Notes under the pieces: generated by a model
What the model was told of the DNA's origin: nothing
The model's input: the letters and a program-made list of their open reading frames with translations, nothing else
Databases searched by the model: none
Assembly (NCBI RefSeq): GCF_018977255.1
Contig: NW_024704742.1
Coordinates: 132,372,001-132,436,000, forward strand
DNA from: Callorhinchus milii
Lineage: Eukaryota
Reading direction: 5' to 3'
DNA: 64,000 nucleotides
Shown: positions 1 to 10,429 of the stretch, piece after piece
How the letters are laid out: every line of letters starts with the position of its first letter
How positions within the stretch are numbered: the first letter of the stretch is position 1
Translations under genes and position numbers: made by a program

Positions 1-443
1 CTCGCTTGCGAGGCGAGTGCTCTAACCTCTGTGCTACAGGACTCCACAGAAGGGGAGAAAGTTTGTGGTTAACCCGAATGCATGTTGTCTTGCTGTCCAG
101 GCTCACACATGAGCAGTGTTCACTTGGGGGAAGGTACAGGAGGGTAACAGTGCTGGTGAAGGTTAGGGCACAGAATCCTCAACAGAGAGGAAAAGGAACT
201 AAAATGATCCAGTAAAACCCCCAGGCAAAATTTAACCAGTTAAAGCCGGATAGCTTGTCATTGCCAGCACCTTGAGATGTCCTCCCAACGTAAAAGGCGC
301 TGTATAAATGTAATTTAGTATTGTATTGAGAGCACTGTCTGGCAGCTTCTTTCTGCTTACCCAGTGAGCACCACCCAATCCGCTAGGGTTTTGGCCTGCA
401 GGGTTAACAGCGTCTAAATGGGAAGTAGTCCTAGTAGTAGTTC

Positions 444-763
444 GGAGTCCTGTAGCTCAGTGGTTAGAGCACTCGCTTTGCAAGCGAGAGACCTGAGTTC
501 AATTCCAGGCAGAGGGTGAAACCTTGGGCAAGTTTCCTTACTCCACACTCCTAATAATAATCCCTCCAAAACCCAAAACAATAATAAATTGGTCATTTTC
601 AATCTACGACTGTTTGTGGGACATTGCTGTGCGCAATTGGCTGCCGCATTCGCCCACAAATATAGTCAATTCACTTTACAGTGTGTTCTGTGAAGCGCTT
701 TGGGACGTCCTCCCGACGTGAAAAGCGCTATATCAAATGCAAGGATTATTATTATTATTATTA
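444..763 (+). mobile_element. tRNA(Ala)-derived SINE, short and young form (partial Deu-like core, L2-type tail)
   Basis: Head GGAGTCCTGTAGCTCAGTGGTTAGAGCACTCGCTTTGCAAGCGAG with A and B boxes; core tgtttgtgggacattgctgtgcgcaattggctgccgc; tail hairpin and (att)n. Confidence 0.9.
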
Positions 764-1080
764 AGTAGGTTTTTTTTCACCAACAAAATAGTCAATCCAC
801 TTTACAGTATATCCTGTGAAGCACTTTGAGATATCTCAACGAAGTGATAAGGTGCTGTATAAAATGTATCAAATTATTATTATTATTGCAGAATCCAGTT
901 TCTTCTGCCAATGAGCCAGGCTGCCTGGTCTGGTGTACTTTGGACCCATTCTGGCTTAGGAACCAGACTATCGAACCCATTACAGAGGATCTGACTCGAT
1001 TCCAACATTCACTTCCCACTTAGCTCCCCACAAGGAAGAAACCTACCATTTGCTGAGTTTCTTTCGACATAGAACAGAGT

Positions 1081-1398
1081 GGAGTCCTGTAGCTCAGTGG
1101 TTAGAGCACTCGCTTTGCAAGCGAGAGACCTGGATTCAATTCCAGGCAGAGGGCGAAACCTTGGGCAAGTTTCCTTACTCCACACACCTAATAATAATCC
1201 CTCCAAAACAAAAAACAATAATAAAATTGGTCATTTTCAATCTACGACTGTTTGTGGGACATTGCTGTGCGCAATTGGCTGCCGCGTTCGCCCACAAATA
1301 TAGTTAATTCACTTTACAGTGTGTTCTGTGAAGCGCTTTGGGACGTCCTCCCGATGTGAAAAGCGCTATATCAAATGCAAGGATTATTATTATTATTA
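1081..1398 (+). mobile_element. tRNA(Ala)-derived SINE, short form
   Basis: Near-identical to 444-763. Confidence 0.9.
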
Positions 1399-1899
1399 TA
1401 AAAGCAGTGCCCAAGGTTCAACAACTCCAACTTGTCCGATAGAGATAAAGCGTGAGCCACTTTCAAGCTTTAATTTCTTTGAAGTCTTATATTTACGGGA
1501 CATTAATCAGAGGCTCAGCCCCACCCCTCCCCTTCCTGCAAAACTTTAAACAAGCTCATATAGAATTTCTTACGGCACAGAAAACAAAGACCCCACCTCC
1601 CCCGCTTAGGTAATAATGTTCCTAAGGCCCATTGAACTTCGGATTTAGTGTTTAACTTTTTTTTCATCATTCGTGTGTTCTAATATCAAGTCCAGATGGT
1701 TTAACCTCAGCAAATCTAGATACAAGATAAATCACACCAATCTCCCTGCAAAAAATAACTTGTGTTTGAACCTCTGACAAGTAAATGCAAAATCGTCAAT
1801 TCCGCGCAGAGGAAAATTGAAAGTGAAACCATTCAAGTTTATATGTCCTTTTTTCTTTTACGAATGATGCGTTATGCTGCTTTTTTAATGCACCATTGG

Positions 1900-2275
1900 G
1901 TCAGCCTGGCTGTCTGTAGCTCTCACCTCTGTGTCGGAAGGTTTGTGAGTTCAAGCCCCACATTGGGACTGTCTAGTGTGACGTTCGTGTTGCATTGTTC
2001 GTCGGATGAGACGTTAAACCAGTCCTTTCTGCCTGTCTGTATGTTAAAAGATCCCATGGCTGTATTCAAAAAGAGAAGTGAGTTCCTCCTGGTGGCCTGG
2101 CCAACAACCCCCGCCAATTAAAATTGGCCATTTCACTTCACGAAATTCATCCTCTGCAGGAAATTACTTTGTGCAAATGGCCTGTTTTGTTTGCCTGCAA
2201 AATAGTCACAAAGTAAATCCTGTGAAGCGCTTTGATGTTGATTACATAAAGCTATATCACATCCAAGGATTATTA
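1900..2275 (+). mobile_element. Older DeuSINE-type element (SacSINE1/AmnSINE1-like core)
   Basis: tcagcctggct tRNA-like head and the ggatgagacgttaaacc..aaagatcccatggc..attcaaaaagag core. Related copies at ~13835-14230(+), 14340-14610(-), 36700-37050(-), 40775-41000(+), 49590-49800(-), 50280-50650(-), 53220-53340(-). Confidence 0.7.
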
Positions 2276-4797
2276 GTTTCCATCTTCCAAGACTTGCATT
2301 TGGTATAGCACCTTATCACTTCGTTGAAATGTCTCAAAGGTCTTCACAGGATATACTGTAAAGTGGAGTGACTGTGTATAAGTTGTAAGGCACAGAACGC
2401 AACATTTGACCCAACTAGCCCTCGCCAGTGTTTAAACTTCAAGTGAATCTCCTTACTCACTCCCATACCCTTCTCCCTCATAGATGCAAGTGTCTTTCCT
2501 GCATACCGTAATATTACACACATTTATTGTTAAGCACATCTCAATTGTATGAATTTTTATTTAAGTATAGAGTATGGCTTGTGTTACAATGTTTCTAGTT
2601 GAATTAGACTGTTACAGTACAGTACGTTATTTCACACGATGACCTGATAATATCTGCAGTTTTCACATCCAGAAGTCCAAATAGTATATATCTACTGTAT
2701 ATCAAACGTATGCATTATTCTGAGCTGTTACATTTTCTTGAGAAAAGTACCAATCACAAATTCAACGGAGTCAGACTATCACTTTATTTTAAATGTAATA
2801 CGTGCACCGTAAAACTCTTCAATGACAATTTAAAACTCATGGCTTTTTTAAAAAAAATTAAGCTATTTCTACTGCCATTTAGAGACACTGTATTCGCAAA
2901 TAAGTGCCCGCAAACAAAAATATTCACCAAATATATGGTCCGATAATGTAACAAAAAAAAACACACGAAAATGCCCCAACACCTCTTTAAGTATCACTCA
3001 AACATCAAAATAAATGACACTTGGTTGTTGTTTACAAAGCTTTGCTTAAGATATATATATAGAATTCACAATGCGAACAATGATGCACTTCAATGTGATT
3101 GGAGCTCCATCCTAAAAATCCACTTGAGATAGATAGCACGTGGAGAAGTGCAATATGTTTTCGCACTCAAGCCAAAACAGCTCTGAAGAGCCTCAAAATT
3201 TACTACAGAATTGCTTAGGTGACAACAAACAATCTAGTAACCAACCACTTAACACAACCCACTCTGTGCACCATGTGAATGCCACATAAAACAAAAAAAA
3301 GATGCTTGCACACACTTTTAAGCGCTTTGAGACGTCGAGAAGACGTGAAAAGCGTTATGTCAATTGCAAGGATTAATATTATTATTATAACTTTAGTTGA
3401 CATGAGGGAAAACTTCTCAATATGGACACGGATAACTCTCAGGCCAACGGCCAACAATGGTTAATTTTTGGTGTGAATAACTGTTTCAATTCACAACGTC
3501 CATGAATCAGCGCGGGGCACGGATATTAATAAAAGGCAGAAAAAGATTAAAACAGGTCTTAAACGTCAAGATGCAAACTGTAACTTTGTAGATAAGCTAG
3601 AATTCAACTACAATTTCAGGGAATTTACTTTCAACTCACTAAATCAATAGATTGTTTTTGCTTAGGTTTTTGCCCTCGGTTTATTTACTGCATCGTAATG
3701 CAATGCCGAGCAAAGAACGTGGAGAACGAGTAACAGTACGCAAAACAATAATAGGTCTGTATCAGAAATTGGTCAAATTGAGTCATGGAGAGAAATTTGT
3801 TCGAGAAGTGACACGGGGGAGGAAGGAGGGAAAAGAACATGACATGAGAACACGGTAATTTAATTTACAAGGTTGTCATTTTTCAAATTGAAATTATTCC
3901 CAGTCGTCCGTTTTACAATGGTTGCATGCAGGAGTGAGGTTCGAAACGGGAACCACAGAAACTAAAAGGTCGAGACCGAGAACGGAAAGTAGGACTGGAC
4001 TGAATCAATTCATTCTGAAACTGTTCTCACTAAGGATGAAGCTAGGTTTGATATTTGGGATTTCACAGAGGAGGTTGCATCACCTTCTCTTCTTTCTCTC
4101 TGTCTCTCCACTTTCCCTTTTCCTCCCTTTCCCCTGTAACTGTTTCCAATCACCTTCAAATAACACAAAGCAGGTGAAGAGCAGGAGACTTCTGGATCTC
4201 AATTTCTTGAGTGAAATTTTCTTTAAAAAAAGACAATACGCTTATTTTAACTTTCCTTCATTTACTAAAACAAATTTAAGCAAACCACACACACAAGCAC
4301 GTGCACACAAAAACAAGTTTTATAATTGAATTACCACCGAGGTGCTGGGAAAAAAATAATGTCAAACAAAAAAAAACGCAGGTTTAATTGACTGGATCCT
4401 GTATGTAAATAAAATTCTTGATATTTAAGTTGTAAAAAAAACTAGCTTAATGTAAATTGTAATTTTTTTCTGGAAAGTGTCTATCTGCCAGTTCAAGACA
4501 GTATATGCTGTAGTGTACAGACATGATATTTTGGTAGCCACTCAATATCAGATTAGGAAACAAACTGAATTTAACACTATAAACAAATCCCGTGATAGCA
4601 CGTTTCCAAACGGTGTGACCTTTAGTCTTTCAAAAATACAAAAGTTGGGATGTACTGTATATACATAAACAGTCACGCTATAAACATTACAATACAAACA
4701 AGCTTAATTTTTTTCCCCTCCTTTTAGAAAACTCAGGTCAATGTAAAAGACAGCAGGATAAATGAGAAACTGCAGGGCACGTCTTTAGAGGGACCTC

Positions 4798-4877
4798 CTA
4801 GAACCTTTTTATTGCGTCATCGATGTCAGGAATCATTTCTTTCAGTTGGTTCCACTGGTCAGGTGATAAAGAAATCC
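4798..4877 (-). CDS. SUB1: SUB1/PC4 last coding exon: (G)[25 protein letters not shown]
   Basis: Acceptor ttcctAG; phase fits the previous exon; TAG stop at 4800-4798. Matches the PC4 C-terminus [26 protein letters not shown]. Confidence 0.96.
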
Positions 4878-5884
4878 CTAGGAATACAAACAACAAATTA
4901 CATTTGTATAGCTCCTTTCACACTGGGAGGTCGGCCCAATATGCTGGACAGTCACGGATTTGGACTCAAGCTGGGGATGGGATCAGGAGTAGTGGAGGAC
5001 GGGGAGAGTATGGGTAGGAGGGTGGCCGAAGGCGCGGTCACGTCAATCCTTTGTGGGAGTCCTGGTAGCCTTGTTCCTGAGCTAGGCAGAATCACAGCAC
5101 TGCAAGACACTGATAATGACAGACCAGCCAGCCTGGCTAGTCGTCAGATCTTCGACATACTGGTCACAGAACAGGGTTCTTCCTATTTGGTTCTAGTAAC
5201 TCTGCAAGCCAAAGTCCTAAAGGACAGGATGGTATTAGCTGACAAGTAGCAGGAGGCTTGCCAAACAGTCCTCTCAAAGGCCAGCTATGTGATTTTAGTT
5301 GGTTAAACTCCAGCAGTTCTCCAAGGGCCAATTCTGGCACGTGCTTAATACTTTCTGGAATTAGGTAAGTAGGGAGAATCCTTCCTGATAAGAGTGTACA
5401 CTCCATTCTAGACAAATGGATTATTTTCATGGAGGTGGGATAAATATGTGAAACTCTCATTCTCGTTTGAATACTCTTTAAGCATGGGGATGGGTTTCCA
5501 CATGTGTCAAAGCACCCAGCTGACTCAAAAATGGGAGACGAAATCATCATAAATAATAATCCTTGCATTTGATATAGTGCCTTACCACGTCATTGAGATG
5601 TCTCAAAGGACTTCACGGGAAATACTATAAAATATAATGATTGTGTATTTTGTGGGCGAAACCCCATGTAGATGATTGAGGACACAAGACCTTATCTAAC
5701 ACTTCCACAAATGGCAATACATCAATAACATCTTATGATTTTATACTAGGATTGTCAATCTGCTGGAGCTTGGTTTCCAGGGTTCGGGACAGGATCACTA
5801 CAGACCTGTCTGGCTTTGCAACTGTAGCCCCATCCCCAATGCGGATATTTTATCCCATAAATAACTCAATGAAGCAAAACATAC

Positions 5885-5993
5885 CTTTCTTCCCAGGCTT
5901 CATCTCACCATCTTGGTTCATCCAGTATTCTCGAATATCAATGAGAACTCTGCTTTTGAATTCTCGCACGCTGACGTATCTCATCTTCCCAAT
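5885..5993 (-). CDS. SUB1: SUB1/PC4 coding exon 3: [36 protein letters not shown](G)
   Basis: 109-nt exon with AG/GT boundaries; near-identical to the PC4 ssDNA-binding domain ([25 protein letters not shown]). Confidence 0.97.
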
Positions 5994-6948
5994 CTGTCAA
6001 GAAACGTGCATCTATAATTAGTGATAGCTGCTTATGGCCTTAGGAACATGAGGGTTCATAAAGTAGGAGAAAAGCAAGTAAGACCACTGTGGGAGCTCCC
6101 ACAGTAATCATATTGAACTATCTGAGATTTACTTAAGAGAAGAGAATGAGCAAGTTAGTGACTTTGGTTTGGATTGATTGATCATTCATCCCCTTGGCCA
6201 TTTGTGGGATCATGCTGCACGCAAAATGGCTGCCATGTTTGCCAGGCTGACCAGTATTTTAAGTATTTATTCTCACAATTGATGCAGGGAATATTCAGTT
6301 ATATAGATATATATATTACGGCTTCCAAGACATAACAGAATAGCAACGGGTATCACTATAGCGCTGCATTGCAAAAGGCAATTGAGTCAATTGAGCACAA
6401 ATGAGTCATACCTATAGCAATCTGACTGTATATCTGCAGCAATCTGACTGCACAAGTATGTACACAATAAGTCTCTTGGGTATTGTGACCTCAATTTTGT
6501 GACCTAATATTAATGGTTACTAATACATCCAAGAATACTCATGTTTTCGCATCAGTGATCCATGGTTTCTCAGTAATCTCTGTATGAGTCAACTTCGTTA
6601 TTTCTTCGCTTCCTCTCTCTCTTCACCCCCATGTGGGCCAGATAACCAATGATGCTGACATAGGATCCAATTTCAGCAATTTTATTAATGCAATATGCTA
6701 TATGAAATTAGTACACACGAAGCAGGATATGGTAGAAAGATAGGAAGATGAGAGGGAGATCATGCAGAGTACAAGTTGGCCTAATTAGTCTGTTTTAGTG
6801 CTGGACAGTATGCAAAACACCAAATGCCACATCGAGAGCAGCTTTAAACAGAAAGCCAATTGCCAAGTGGGGATTTTAGATGATTTTCAAAAAGAGAGCG
6901 TCAATGCCACTGTAAGTTTACTGTAACCATTGTAGGGACAGAACAAAC

Positions 6949-7062
6949 CTGAAAAAGATTGTCCTCTTTATCGCTTTTGGCAGGTGCTGCGCCCTTGGAG
7001 CTCTCCCCACTCTTGTGCCTTTTTGCTGATTTTTCTTGTACTGCCGTCTTCTTTCTCTTCAC
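6949..7062 (-). CDS. SUB1: SUB1/PC4 coding exon 2: VKRKKTAVQEKSAKRHKSGESSKGAAPAKSDKEDNLFQ
   Basis: 114-nt phase 0-0 exon with AG/GT boundaries. Lys-rich region ends in DNLFQ, matching PC4 DNMFQ. Confidence 0.95.
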
Positions 7063-7672
7063 CTATAAAATAATCCCAGGCTTGAATTACACCTTTTACG
7101 GAGGACACATAATGGAATATGGGGGGAGGGAACCTAAAAAGAAGAATAAAGCAATATACACCATCCATTCAGTATCAGTGCTTTCGCTTATCACAAACAG
7201 GATTTTGAGAGAAATTGCTGCTTTTACTCATTTAACATTTGGGTTCATGGTAATAGTTAGCTAGTTATTCTCCATTAAAAGTACAATAACTTGCATTTAT
7301 AAAGTGAAGTTCATGCAGGATAACATCTGAGCGCTCACTGACGCCACCCCCACACACCCCAATCTAAACAACAAATAGTATGGCGTGGCAGCTTGGTTCA
7401 GAGGCTGCACTAGTGGGGCATGATCAGCCCACTAACGTTCAACAAATTAAGGTACACAATGATGTGAATTCAAATTCAGGAAATGTACCCTCAACACTTG
7501 TTTTCTGAAACCTTAAATAACTCTGTAAATACACTATAACAGCATTCACAAAAATACACTTCTTTACTGGAAAAATGTCAGTGAACACCTTACAATTAGT
7601 AGAGATTTTAAACTGAAATCATTCATTCGGAAAATCTTTCAGTGTGAACAACACGAAAGCAGTGCAGTTTAC

Positions 7673-7741
7673 CTTTTGATCGACTTCGCTATCAGAGTCA
7701 CTGTCTGAGGTTGTAGAAATGATCTCCTTTGTCTTAGACAT
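7673..7741 (-). CDS. SUB1: SUB1/PC4 coding exon 1 (gene exon 2): [23 protein letters not shown]
   Basis: ATG at 7741-7739 lies one base after a ttttttaacAG acceptor; GT donor at 7672-7671. The Ser/Asp-rich N-terminus matches PC4 ([24 protein letters not shown]). Confidence 0.95.
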
Positions 7742-9558
7742 TCTGTTAAAAAAAACATGTTTCCATAAGCTCCAGCCGTGTGAATTAAACCATCAAGGAG
7801 TTAAAATTTAAAACTATTTCTAGAAATTGCCAAAGTAGTCCCATTAACATAACTTTCTGATGAGAATTGGCCCCTCACTATTCAGTCAAACAGTAGGTAT
7901 CCTATCAACTGCTCTATTAGTCGCCTCTTCAATTTATTCATCTCTTCCCTTTTTGTTGTGTGATCATCAGCATGCTTTTGGTCCAGCCTGCGCTCCCACC
8001 CCAATTAAACGGGGCACCGTCCATGCAACATTGAACATGTACCGTAACATGGGGCTGTTTTCATCTGCCCAAAAGACCTAATTTCATTAAGCGAACACCG
8101 AACCCTGCTGCTCCTCCATTGCTCAGACATGAATGCTGTTGCAAACTGTGTCAGCTTAAATTTATAATACAGGTAGTGAGTACAATACTGGCACCATGCG
8201 CAGCAAATTGACAGGCGTGCTGGGGTGCTGTTACATTAAGTTTGCTGCAGGCGAGAACCCATATTGAATATCTGTAATGAAGTTAGTATCAATTAAAGAA
8301 TACCGTCAACTGGATTCTAAAAAAANCTTTCCCGATTACTCTCTTTAACAGCTGATGCATGGCAGGAATACATTTTGGTTAAGGCAAAGCACCTTGAGGC
8401 AATTCTAAAAGCAGTACATTGAGGTAGAGCATGCCTCTATTATCATGCAATGCACGTTTGGAAGCTTTCATCTTACTGAAGCACACTTTCACCATTGCAT
8501 TCACCTGTCTGTTAAAATGCAGTAGAAATAAGGCACACGGGTTCCTTGCTTACATACCTCAACTTCACATTTTTAAAGTAAATTTTCATCTTTGTGTGTA
8601 AAAAAAAAGGATCAACCGCACAAGATTTTATTAAAAATAAAATACACGATCAGGTGCTGCTGCTCATCAAACATCAGCAAGTGTTCAAACCATCCCTTCC
8701 AGCATCCACACAAACATATGCAGTATGACTTTGCTCCCGGCTGAAAATGGTTCACATTTACACTGATACGAGGCATCAGTCGGTTTGGACGGAAGCCCTA
8801 ATTGCAAAACGAAACCACACATGTCAGGTCATTTTTTAGGAATCTTTGTTTGCACGGGGGCTTTTTGCTTCTCTGCCAATTTAGGGGGGCCATCGATTGT
8901 CCCTTCCTACCTCGTGGGTTCAACACCACACCCCCTCCCCCACATGCATTATTTACTTTAACCCTTTACTGCACCTAGTTTGGGGCTTTTTCCCCTTCAG
9001 TGATTCGTAAGTTCACTTCCCTTCGCTCATCCAGTGCCTCTCCTCCCCCCAATTTTTTTTTAAAAAAATTATGCGCGCTGTTAACCCTTTGCCGCGTTGC
9101 TTTTGGGCATTTCCTTGCAGTAGTTATCAGTAGCGGTTTCAGGATGCAGGGAGTTGGTTTGCTCCTGGAGTCGGGGCAAGTCGCCCAAGTCCTCTTCCTG
9201 CACTCTCTTGAGAGCAAAAGAAAGCCAAAATAATAGAGCTGGCACATTGCGCTCCCTTCTTGCTGTGCGCAAAAACTAAGGCAATGGGGGCTCATTGCAA
9301 TCCCTTATCCTGGTTATTATTAACCGGATGGGACTATTTATTAAATGCTCCTAAAACCTCATGTTGCATTGCATCTGGAGCCTTTCCTTGCGAATAATAA
9401 AGAGCAGCAGTTGCTTTGTGTCTGGGCCCACCCCCAGGGTCGTCGCTGCTCCATACCTCTTATTTCCCCTCTCTCTCCCTCTCTCTCTCTGTGTCTGTCT
9501 GTGTCTGGGCTCAGCTCCACTGAGACTCAGCCCAAGCCCCGCGAGAGAGAGCAGTAGC

Positions 9559-9848
9559 GATTGGCCGGAGCCGCCTAGCAATAGCAGGCAGGAGGCTCCT
9601 GATTGGCCCGCCCCCATCACCAGCAGATAGGAGCCTCCTGATTGGCCATCCCACGACCAGCACCAGCAGGTAGGAGGCACGTGATTGGCTATAAGGACAC
9701 CTCCACCACACCATGACCAGCAGGTAGGAGGCTACTAATTGGTTATGCCGCCCCTTATCAACCATCACTAGCTGTTAGGAAGCTCCTGATTGGCTGTGCC
9801 GCGCCCGCCTCCATACCAGTACCAGCAGGTAGGAGGCTCCTGATTGGC
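9559..9848 (-). repeat. Array of six ~25-bp repeats (agcaggtaggaggctcctgattggc) with variable spacers; seven CCAAT boxes in total
   Basis: Repeat starts at 9583, 9622, 9665, 9719, 9770, 9824. ATTGG cores at 9560, 9602, 9641, 9684, 9738, 9789, 9843. GC-box-like cccgcc/ccgcccc occur in several spacers. Confidence 0.9.
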
Positions 9849-10057
9849 CTGTCAATCACAGCCGCGGCCTAAATAATGTAAAAGAAGCCGATTTCCCCCC
9901 CATTGCCCCCCCCCCACCCCGACAGCTGGCGGTGGAGACAATGAGGGTGAAGTGGCCATTTCTCCTCTATCTCTCCCTCGCTGTCGTGTCCGCCCCGCGA
10001 TATATTGTACAATATCCCCCTCGTCCCGTCCCCCCCCCACCCGCGGCTCTCACTCAC

Positions 10058-10150
10058 AGACCTGAACGGCGTCGGACACTCTCTCTTTCTCTCACACGCG
10101 CAGGTTCGGGCTCCAGCGATATGAACGGCGGAAGCTGCTGGCTCGACGCC
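10058..10150 (-). other. SUB1: Probable non-coding first exon of SUB1 (5' boundary approximate)
   Basis: GTGAGT donor on the minus strand at 10057-10052, inside a CpG-rich region and just downstream of the promoter motifs. The start-codon exon has an acceptor, so an upstream non-coding exon is required. Confidence 0.65.
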
Positions 10151-10153
10151 CTT

Positions 10154-10197
10154 GCGTCACTTCCTGTGCGGCCGCTAAGGATGCTGGGCGTTGTAGT
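10154..10197 (-). promoter_or_regulatory. SUB1 promoter motifs: ETS/half-CRE composite and ZNF143(SBS)-like site
   Basis: Minus strand reads GGAAGTGACGC (10164-10154) and ACTACAACGCCCAGCATCC (10197-10179). Both are typical of housekeeping CpG-island promoters; CpG-rich region about 9540-10300. Confidence 0.7.
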
Positions 10198-10429
10198 CCT
10201 GTTCCTCCAGCAGCAGCTGGTTAAGCTCCGCCTCTCTTCTCGCCACCAGCGTTATTGCTGCGTTGGGCGGTTTTCACGCCCAATTGGGCGGGTTTTCTTG
10301 TTGTTGTGCTACATAAGATTATTAACCTTATAATGCTTGACATTGGATATATCTCCCCGCCCTCCACCCCACCATCCTCTGGAACTCCATCCCTCCCTCC
10401 GCCTCGCCCTCCAGGCAAAAAAAAAAAAT

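Noticed and set aside
444..515. Apparent tRNA-Ala(TGC) genes here and at 1081, 22832, 31692, 34590 etc.
   Set aside because: The anticodon arm and A/B boxes are intact but there is no acceptor-stem closure, and each copy continues into the same SINE body and tail.
8326..8326. Single N base in SUB1 intron 1
   Set aside because: Assembly ambiguity or contig join, not a biological feature; the intron length across it is uncertain.
9583..9848. CRISPR-like appearance (constant ~25-bp repeat with variable spacers)
   Set aside because: Vertebrate intron with no cas genes. The repeats are degenerate, and the spacers vary 14-29 nt and resemble each other (GC box plus ccatcacc/accagcacc), so this is a diverged minisatellite or TF-site array.
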